NCBI GenBank assembly: GCA_003561835.1
Contig: PWVN01000185.1
Coordinates: 1-32,583 of the forward strand
Direction of reading: 5' to 3'
Length of the DNA stretch: 32,583 nucleotides
DNA from: Syntrophomonadaceae bacterium
GTDB lineage: Bacteria > Bacillota > Dethiobacteria > PWVN01
Positions 26,712 to 32,583 of the stretch are shown here, in pieces. The notes under the pieces were generated by a model. It was not told the origin of the DNA, did not search any database, and saw nothing but the letters and a program-made list of their open reading frames with translations. The position numbers were made by a program, and so were the translations under genes. Numbering within the stretch: the stretch's first letter is position 1; each line of letters begins with the position of its first letter.

Positions 26712-27752
26712 ATGATTCCCTTGAACGTAATCGATCTGCGAAGCGACACCCTCACGGTCCCCACTCCCGAAATGCGCCGGGCCATGGCACAAGCGGAGGT
26801 GGGGGACGATGTCTACGGGGAGGACCCCACCCTAAACCGGCTGGAGGCGGAAGCCGCCGCCCTCCTCAAGAAAGAGGCAGCCCTTTTCGTCCCCTCGGGG
26901 ACCATGGGAAACCAGCTGGCCATCATGACCCACTGCCGCCGGGGGGATGAGGTGCTGGTGGATGCCGAATCCCACATCCTCCATTACGAGGTGGCGGCGG
27001 CCGCCGTCCTGACAGGGGCCCAACTGCGGCCCATCCCGGGCCTCCACGGGCCCGGGGGGGCGGAGAAAATGGTTGAGTTTGTGCGCAATGGAGGGGACGA
27101 CCACCAGCCGCCCACCACCCTTTTGTGCCTGGAAAACACCCACAACCGGCAGGGGGGAACGGTGATCGATGCCGAAACCACCCGGTCTCTCCTTAAGAAG
27201 GCCCGCTCCTTCGGCCTCAAGGTCCACCTGGACGGGGCCCGCATTTTCAATGCCGCCGTCAGTCTGGGACGAGACCCCGCCGACCTGGCGGAGGGCCTGG
27301 ATTCCGTCATGTTCTGCCTGTCCAAGGGCCTTTCGGCCCCCGTGGGCTCCCTGCTCCTGGGAAGCGGCGACTTCATCCGCCGGGCCCGGAAGAACCGGAA
27401 GCTCCTGGGAGGCGGCATGCGCCAGGCCGGGGTGCTGGCCGCAGCCGGCCTGGAAGCCCTCAATATGCGCCACCGCCTGGCCGAGGACCACGCCCATGCC
27501 CGACTCCTGGCCCGGGGCCTTTCCCGGGTACCGGGGATCGCCGTCGACATGGAAACGGTCCAGACCAACATGGTTCTCATGGATGTCCAGGGAACGGGCC
27601 ATGACGCCCCATCCTTCCTGAGCCTGCTGGCGGACCGGGGGCTTAAGGCCGGGAGTCCCGGCGGCAGCAAAGTCCGCCTGGTCACCCACAAGGATGTGGG
27701 GGAAAAGGATGTCCACAAAGCCGTGGAAATTATAAGGGGGATATTCTCATAG
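26712..27752 (+). CDS. ltaE: Low-specificity L-threonine aldolase
   Basis: [39 protein letters not shown]...PSGTMGNQ...[12 protein letters not shown] (the PLP lysine region). Confidence 0.88.
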   Translation: MIPLNVIDLRSDTLTVPTPEMRRAMAQAEVGDDVYGEDPTLNRLEAEAAALLKKEAALFVPSGTMGNQLAIMTHCRRGDEVLVDAESHILHYEVAAAAVLTGAQLRPIPGLHGPGGAEKMVEFVRNGGDDHQPPTTLLCLENTHNRQGGTVIDAETTRSLLKKARSFGLKVHLDGARIFNAAVSLGRDPADLAEGLDSVMFCLSKGLSAPVGSLLLGSGDFIRRARKNRKLLGGGMRQAGVLAAAGLEALNMRHRLAEDHAHARLLARGLSRVPGIAVDMETVQTNMVLMDVQGTGHDAPSFLSLLADRGLKAGSPGGSKVRLVTHKDVGEKDVHKAVEIIRGIFS

Positions 27753-27766
27753 AGGAGGGATCTTCA

Positions 27767-28909
27767 TTGAACTGCCGCAAATTCGGCAGCCTGGATTTTC
27801 AGGTGTCGGCCCTGGGGTTTGGCTGCATGCGTTTCCCCAAACTGGACCCGGACCCGGCCAGCATCGATGAAGCCGAAGCCATCAGGATGCTTCGCCGGGC
27901 AGTGGACGGGGGGGTCAATTACCTGGATACGGCCTACCCCTATCACAAGGGGCAGAGTGAGGTCCTGGTGGGCAAGGCCCTGAAGGACGGCTACCGGGAA
28001 AAGGTAAAACTGGCCACCAAGCTGCCCATTTGGATGGTCAAGGAAGGGGAGGGGCCGGAAAAGTTCCTCGCCGAGCAGCTGGAGAGGCTGCAGGTGGAGG
28101 CGGTGGACTTCTACCTGGTCCATGCCCTGAACAGGGAACTGTGGGAGAAGGCCCAAAAGTTCAAGGTCCTGGAGTTCCTGGAGAAGGCCCAAAGGGAGGG
28201 GAAGATCCGCTACGCGGGGTTTTCCTTCCATGACCAGCTGGATCTCTTCCAGGAGATTGTGGACGCCTACCCCTGGACCCTCTGCCAGATCCACTTAAAC
28301 CATGTGGACCGGCACTACCAGGCGGGCCTGGCAGGCCTGGAATATGCGGCCCGGAAAGGGCTGGCGGTGGTGGTCATGGAACCCCTGCGGGGGGGGAACC
28401 TGGTGGCCCGGGTCCCCGCGGACATCCAGGAGGTCTGGGACAGGGCCGGGAAGAAGCGGAGCCCCGTGGACTGGGCCCTGCGGTGGCTGTGGAACCTGGA
28501 GGGGGTTTCCACCGTCTTAAGCGGCATGAGCACCCTGGAGCAGGTTGAAGAAAACCTGGGGCTGGCCGCCCAGCCCCTCATACCCCTGACGGCGGCAGAG
28601 GAGGCCATCTACGATGAGGTACAGAGGAGGTACCAGGAGAAGAGCAGGGTCAACTGCACCGGCTGCGGCTACTGCCAGCCCTGTGACCAAAAGGTGTCCA
28701 TCCCCGATGTCCTCAGCATCTACAACGACATCTTCATGTACGGCGCCTCCGGGGAGTTCTTGCGCATGTACGGCCGCATGAAGGAATTGAAGATGGACGC
28801 CTCCCTGTGCAGTGAGTGCGGCAAATGCCTGGAAGCCTGCCCCCAGCAGGTCCCCGTCACGGACATCCTCCGGGAAGCCGAGGAATACTACCGCCAAAAT
28901 CAGGCTTGA
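27767..28909 (+). CDS. Aldo/keto reductase with C-terminal 4Fe-4S cluster-binding domain
   Basis: TTG start with GGAGGGA upstream. The N-terminus reads ..RKFGSLDFQVSALGFGCMRFP..LDTAYPYH... The C-terminus carries CTGCGYCQPC and CSECGKCLEACP. Confidence 0.85.
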   Translation: MNCRKFGSLDFQVSALGFGCMRFPKLDPDPASIDEAEAIRMLRRAVDGGVNYLDTAYPYHKGQSEVLVGKALKDGYREKVKLATKLPIWMVKEGEGPEKFLAEQLERLQVEAVDFYLVHALNRELWEKAQKFKVLEFLEKAQREGKIRYAGFSFHDQLDLFQEIVDAYPWTLCQIHLNHVDRHYQAGLAGLEYAARKGLAVVVMEPLRGGNLVARVPADIQEVWDRAGKKRSPVDWALRWLWNLEGVSTVLSGMSTLEQVEENLGLAAQPLIPLTAAEEAIYDEVQRRYQEKSRVNCTGCGYCQPCDQKVSIPDVLSIYNDIFMYGASGEFLRMYGRMKELKMDASLCSECGKCLEACPQQVPVTDILREAEEYYRQNQA

Positions 28910-28942
28910 GTTGTCAATTAATGTGCAAAAAGGCTAAAAGGC

Positions 28943-28963
28943 AAAAAGGGGGACAGGGTCCCC
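28943..28963 (-). terminator. Rho-independent terminator of the PAP2 gene
   Basis: On the minus strand GGGGAC-CCT-GTCCCC (28963-28949) starts 5 nt after the stop and is followed by CTTTTTGCCTTTT. Confidence 0.6.
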
Positions 28964-28967
28964 GTCC

Positions 28968-30011
28968 CTACTCTTTGGGGGTGAGCTTCAGGGAAACGAA
29001 GAGCATGGGAGCCAGGAAGGTAACCCAGATGCCTCCCAGAGCATAGCGGGCAAACCCCACCATCTTCACGGCAAAGGAAGCATCGGGGCCGCCGGAGGGG
29101 AGAATGCTCCCCAGGCCCAGGATGATGCCGAAGAGGACGGCCAGACCCAGGAGGGCCTTGGCAATTTGCTTCGGAAACGAGGTGGTGGTTACCGAGCGAA
29201 CTTTCTCCTTCTCCAGGATGTACCCGGCCCCGGCCCCGGCCAGATACCCCAGCAGTTTCGGGGGATCAGCCCCGGGAAGCAGAGCCGTCAGCAGTACCGG
29301 TGCCGCCACAGATAGGGCCAGGAGCAGGGAGGTGGAGAATTTTTTCTCCCACCCATTTTCGACGGCCACGGCGCTCAGCCAGATGAAGAAAAGGAGGAAG
29401 GGGAACCCGAAGGCCAGCCCTCCCAGGACGTCACCGAGAAAGTGATACCCCAGGATCAGCCGGGAGACGCCGATCAGGACGATGGCGATAACGGTCCACA
29501 CCCAAAAGCCGGTTTTCTTCAGACGCACCGCCAGATAGCCCCACACGGTAACCGCTGTCAGGGTGTGTCCGCTGGGGAAGGCCCAACTGTGGGGAGGATG
29601 GACGATGCCCTCCAAAGGCGGGCGTTCCAGCAGGGTCACATCCTTGATGAAGCCGCTGTAGGTGCCGGAGGTGAGGAGGACAAAGGCCGCCCAAAACCCC
29701 AGGGGCTTGTTCACACACCAGATCAGGATGCCGAAGAAGATCATGTAGAACTGATCATCCCCCAGGAAGGTAAAGACCCTGAACAGCAGTTCCACGGCCG
29801 GGCTGCGAAACTGCTGCAGGTGGGCGATGAAGGCAAGGCTGCGGGTCTGGGGCCAGGCTATGATGAGGATGATGGCTGATACAACGGTCACCAGCCAGCA
29901 GATAGTCAACCAGAGGCGTTCCCGCCCCCGGTCGGGAGAAAAATGAGGCCTTGTTAAAGGTGATAATTCCATTCTTCTTTTCAACTCCTTTACTTCTTGA
30001 TTTCTAACCAT
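28968..30011 (-). CDS. PAP2-family (phosphatidic acid phosphatase type 2 / undecaprenyl-PP phosphatase-like) membrane protein
   Basis: The three PAP2 motifs are present: KDVTLLERP, PSGH and SRLILGYHFLGD. About 8 TM segments. The start is ambiguous. ATG 30011 lacks an SD, while ATG 29972 has AAGGAG 12 nt upstream. Confidence 0.85.
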   Translation of the reverse strand: MVRNQEVKELKRRMELSPLTRPHFSPDRGRERLWLTICWLVTVVSAIILIIAWPQTRSLAFIAHLQQFRSPAVELLFRVFTFLGDDQFYMIFFGILIWCVNKPLGFWAAFVLLTSGTYSGFIKDVTLLERPPLEGIVHPPHSWAFPSGHTLTAVTVWGYLAVRLKKTGFWVWTVIAIVLIGVSRLILGYHFLGDVLGGLAFGFPFLLFFIWLSAVAVENGWEKKFSTSLLLALSVAAPVLLTALLPGADPPKLLGYLAGAGAGYILEKEKVRSVTTTSFPKQIAKALLGLAVLFGIILGLGSILPSGGPDASFAVKMVGFARYALGGIWVTFLAPMLFVSLKLTPKE

Positions 30012-30159
30012 GGAGGGACTGTGCTGACAGGATGTTTTAAAATTGCGTCAATTTCCCCTCTTATGAGTTCCACAAGCAGGCGGTCAAATCCTATGTGGAA
30101 AAGAGGGCATCCCAATTTTCTTTGGAGGTCTCAATATGACTGGCTGAGGGGAAATCGGC

Positions 30160-30192
30160 AAAAAAATAAGCCCGGCGTCCGCGAAGCCGGGC
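30160..30192 (-). terminator. Orphan rho-independent terminator (minus strand) with no coding gene upstream
   Basis: On the minus strand GCCCGGC-UUCGCGGAC-GCCGGGC (30192-30170) is followed by UUAUUUUUUUG. On the plus strand no U-tract follows. It lies ~150 nt upstream of the PAP2 start and downstream of the two repeat modules. Confidence 0.6.
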
Positions 30193-30233
30193 AGGTCCAC
30201 TATTCTGTTGAGAATCCTTAACCGGCAGTTGTT

Positions 30234-30268
30234 GGGACAGGGGGACAGGGACCTTGTCCCACTTTTCC
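30234..30268. repeat. Repeat module B (35 nt)
   Basis: GGGACAGGGGGACAGGGACCTTGTCCCACTTTTCC. It contains direct GGGACA half-sites plus the dyad GGGAC-N3-GTCCC. Confidence 0.85.
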
Positions 30269-30287
30269 GCCGCGGCACCAGGCGGGA

Positions 30288-30323
30288 GGGACAGGGGGGA
30301 CAGGGACTTTGTCCCAATTTTCC
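30288..30323. repeat. Repeat module C (36 nt), near-identical to module B
   Basis: GGGACAGGGGGGACAGGGACTTTGTCCCAATTTTCC. It differs from module B by one extra G and two substitutions, and starts 54 nt downstream of B. Confidence 0.85.
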
Positions 30324-30373
30324 CCCAGGACGTGCCCAGGAGAGCAATTACTCCACGAAGGGATGGAAAAATA

Positions 30374-30829
30374 ATGAAATACTCGGAAGCAAGGTTGGGG
30401 CGGATCTTCCTTTTGCGGCTGGAACATGGGGATACCATCCCCGGTGTTATTGAGGAGTTTGCCCGGGAGCACCACATTAAAGCGGCCGTCGTCCACTTCC
30501 TCGGCGGCGCTGACACCGGGAGCAAGGTCATCGTGGGCCCTGAAGACGGCAGGGCGCCAAAGCCCCGCCCTGTGGTTGCACAGCTGCCGGGGACCAGTGA
30601 AGCCGTCGGCACGGGCACCCTGTTTCTCAATGAAGAAGGGATCCCCAGGCTCCACCTGCATGCCGCCTTCGGGTGCGGCCGGGATACCACAACGGGCTGC
30701 ACCCGGGAGGGAGTCCAGGTATGGCAGATTGGCGAAGGGATCATCATGGAGCTTCTCGATGCGAAGGCAGGAAGGAAGAAGGATGCTGCAACGGGATTTG
30801 AACTCTTGGAGATGGATGAAGGAGAATGA
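30374..30829 (+). CDS. PPC (DUF296) domain-containing putative DNA-binding protein
   Basis: MKYSEARLGRIFLLRLEHGDTIPGVIEEFAREHHIKAAVVHFLGG... shows the PPC/DUF296 pattern. The start is at ATG 30374, inside the track ORF 30254..30829. Confidence 0.8.
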   Translation: MKYSEARLGRIFLLRLEHGDTIPGVIEEFAREHHIKAAVVHFLGGADTGSKVIVGPEDGRAPKPRPVVAQLPGTSEAVGTGTLFLNEEGIPRLHLHAAFGCGRDTTTGCTREGVQVWQIGEGIIMELLDAKAGRKKDAATGFELLEMDEGE

Positions 30830-30961
30830 CGTGCCAGGGGAAGGAAGACTGCTGCCGGAAGGAATGGAATTGTCCCTGCAGGGCAGGGAAGAAACCGGCG
30901 AATTCAAAGCCTGGAAAGGGGTGTTAACCGTGGGATAACCCGCAGGGATTTTCTCAGGAAG

Positions 30962-32053
30962 ATGGGTGCGACAGGCGGGGGCGGGCTCCTCCTTTATACT
31001 CTGGGCACGGGGTTTCTCAAGGCCTGCGGATGGGTGGAGGAACCCGACACCGACGGGGTCCGGCAGGAAGACCAGGAAGAAAAGGAGGCAGCACAGCCGT
31101 GGGAGCCGGCCTATGCGAAACTGGAAAGGGAGGGAAAACTGGCCGGGCGTATTCAGGAAGCCTACAAGATCATGGAGGAATGCCGCCTCTGCCCCCGCCG
31201 CTGCGGCGTAAACCGCCTGGAGGGGGAGAAGGGGTTCTGCCAGGGGGTTCAGAAGGCAGTGGTGAACGTCTATGGCCCCCATTTTGGGGAAGAGCTGCCC
31301 CTGGTGGGGCAGGGGGGCTCGGGCACCATCTTCTTCTCCAACTGCAACCTGCGCTGCGTGTTCTGCCAGAACTGGCCCATCGCCCACTTGGGGCTGGGAG
31401 AAGAGGTGGATGATGAAGAACTGGCCCGGATGATGCTGAAGCTTCAGAAAATCGGCTGCCACAACATAAACCTGGTCACCCCCACCCATGTGATGCCCCA
31501 CATTATCAGCGCCGTCCGGATTGCCCTTAAAGAAGGGCTTACGCTGCCCCTTTGCTACAATACCAGCGGCTACGAGCGGGCGGAGGCGATGAAACTGCTG
31601 GACGGCATCGTGGACATCTACCTGCCGGACCTGAAATTTATGGACGGCATGCAGGCCCAGCGGTACAATCTGGCCGCCGCCGCCGACTACCCCCGCCTGA
31701 CCCGGGAGGCCATCCGGGAAATGTATCGCCAGGTGGGGAACCTGATAACCGATGCCGGCGGCATCGCCCTGAGGGGGTTGATGATCCGCCACCTGGTCAT
31801 GCCCAACCGCATCGCCGGGACCGAGGAGTTCGTCCGCTGGGTGGCCGAGAGCCTTTCCCAAGACACCTATGTGAACATCATGGCCCAGTACCGGGTGGAG
31901 TTCAAAGCCTTTGAATACGAGGAGATTGCCCGGGCCATCACCTCCGAGGAATTTGTGGAGGCCATGGAATGGGCCCTGGAGGCGGGCCTGTCCAACCTGG
32001 ACCAGAGGTCCCTGGCCCAGCTGGCCATCCACCGCCGGCAGTTGTCCTCATGA
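30962..32053 (+). CDS. Radical SAM protein, PflX-like (COG1313, PFL-activase homologue of unknown function)
   Basis: The CxxxCxxC motif SNCNLRCVFCQNW is present, with an upstream Cys cluster CRLCPRRCGVNRLEGEKGFCQG and ..NINLVTPTH.., ..YLPDLKF.. The true start is uncertain (ATG 30962 or GTG 31034). The first ~45 residues look like a non-conserved extension. Confidence 0.85.
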   Translation: MGATGGGGLLLYTLGTGFLKACGWVEEPDTDGVRQEDQEEKEAAQPWEPAYAKLEREGKLAGRIQEAYKIMEECRLCPRRCGVNRLEGEKGFCQGVQKAVVNVYGPHFGEELPLVGQGGSGTIFFSNCNLRCVFCQNWPIAHLGLGEEVDDEELARMMLKLQKIGCHNINLVTPTHVMPHIISAVRIALKEGLTLPLCYNTSGYERAEAMKLLDGIVDIYLPDLKFMDGMQAQRYNLAAAADYPRLTREAIREMYRQVGNLITDAGGIALRGLMIRHLVMPNRIAGTEEFVRWVAESLSQDTYVNIMAQYRVEFKAFEYEEIARAITSEEFVEAMEWALEAGLSNLDQRSLAQLAIHRRQLSS

Positions 32054-32583
32054 CCAGCGGCCGGGGACAGCCCGGCCGCAGCGGCGGCAAACCCCGTCGT
32101 CCAGGCGTATTCGGGAGACTACGAACCCCACCCGCTCAATGACCTTTTCTCCGCAGCCGGGGCAAAAGGTGTTTTCCGCCTCATGGCCCGCCAGTTTGGC
32201 AATATAGACGAACTCGAGGCCGGAATCCAGGGCCGTGTTCCGGGCCTCCTCCAGGGTAGCAACGGGGGTCCGGGGCAGGGCGGAGAGCCTGTAGAGGGGA
32301 TAGAAGCGGGCGAAGTGCAGGGGCACTTCCGGGCCCAACTCCCCGGCGATCCACCGGCACATCTGCCTTACCAGCGCCATGTCATCGTTTAACGTGGGGA
32401 TGAGGATGCTGGTGATCTCCAGGTGGACCCCCGCCTTTCGCAAGAGCTTCAGACTGTCCAGAACCGGCGCCAACTCGCCCCCCACCACATCCCGGTAAAA
32501 GGCGGGGTCAAAGCTCTTCAGGTCGATGTTGGCCGCATCCAGGTGATTCGCCACCGCTGCCAGGGGCTCCTTATGGATATATC
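32048..32583 (-). CDS. amrS: AmmeMemoRadiSam-system radical SAM enzyme (AmrS-like), C-terminal part; 5' end outside the window
   Basis: ..LDAANIDLKSFDPAFYRDVVGGELAPVLDSLKLL..GVHLEITSILIPTLNDD...PLHFARFYPLYRL..TP..TLEEA...YIAKL and a C-terminal CPGCG..CRRCG. The frame stays open upstream of the track's GTG to the window end (..YIHKEPLAAV..). Confidence 0.75.
   Translation of the reverse strand, partial: YIHKEPLAAVANHLDAANIDLKSFDPAFYRDVVGGELAPVLDSLKLLRKAGVHLEITSILIPTLNDDMALVRQMCRWIAGELGPEVPLHFARFYPLYRLSALPRTPVATLEEARNTALDSGLEFVYIAKLAGHEAENTFCPGCGEKVIERVGFVVSRIRLDDGVCRRCGRAVPGRWS

Noticed and set aside
30234-30323. Possibility that the two repeats are a CRISPR array
   Set aside because: There are only two copies, separated by about 19 nt (far too short for a spacer). 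There are no cas genes, and the repeats contain internal direct sub-repeats unlike CRISPR repeats.
30865-30939. 24-codon ORF (MELSLQGREETGEFKAWKGVLTVG) just upstream of the radical SAM gene, considered as a RiPP precursor
   Set aside because: The SD-like GGAAGGA abuts the ATG with no spacer. The peptide has no Cys/Ser/Thr-rich core or leader-like features. PflX-type radical SAM proteins are not known peptide maturases. The region also forms a TCCCTGC-AGG-GCAGGGA hairpin.
30218-32032. 604-aa ORF on the minus strand, the longest 'gene' near the right end
   Set aside because: It is antisense to the PPC-domain gene and the PflX-like radical SAM gene, both of which have clear family motifs. Its sequence is low complexity (G/P/A/L/H/Q) and it crosses two intergenic regions.

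Overview
The window is a composite of two backgrounds. Bases 1 to about 2928 carry four minus-strand genes from a diderm-type organism with moderate GC. They are a 3'-truncated SLC12/APC-type permease (missing from the supplied ORF track), tatC, tatA and a 5'-truncated OmpA_C/Pal-like gene. At about 2926-2931 this block meets the last codons of rpsE head-on. The remaining ~29.6 kb is visibly more GC-rich, with GGG/CCC-rich codons, and reads as a Firmicutes/Clostridia-style core region. It contains rpmD-rplO-secY-map-infA-rpmJ-rpsM-rpsK-rpsD-rpoA-rplQ, ecfA1-ecfA2-ecfT-truA and rplM-rpsI. These are followed by Ppx/GppA, DUF47 and PiT phosphate genes, a beta-carbonic anhydrase, a PNPOx-like flavoprotein, and an MBL hydrolase with a GPH/MFS transporter. 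Next come a TAXI binding protein, a CapA-like protein, a YfcE-type phosphoesterase, a RACo-like Fe-S/ASKHA protein, a TGS-uridine-kinase-like protein and threonine aldolase. The window ends with an Fe-S aldo/keto reductase, a PAP2 phosphatase, a PPC/DUF296 protein, a PflX-like radical SAM gene and a partial AmrS-like radical SAM gene. I recognised no rRNA, tRNA, CRISPR array, transposase or integrase. I did not find a convincing new multi-gene system. The items most worth a second look are: (1) the breakpoint at ~2.93 kb; (2) a tandem-repeat plus orphan-terminator locus at 30.1-30.3 kb, which could be a small RNA or an operator array, and whose core motif recurs in the PAP2 terminator; (3) a 51-codon ORF whose stop overlaps the ppx start (ATGA); and (4) several orphan or unusual gene contexts. 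Many long ORFs in the track are alternative-frame or antisense artefacts of the high GC content.
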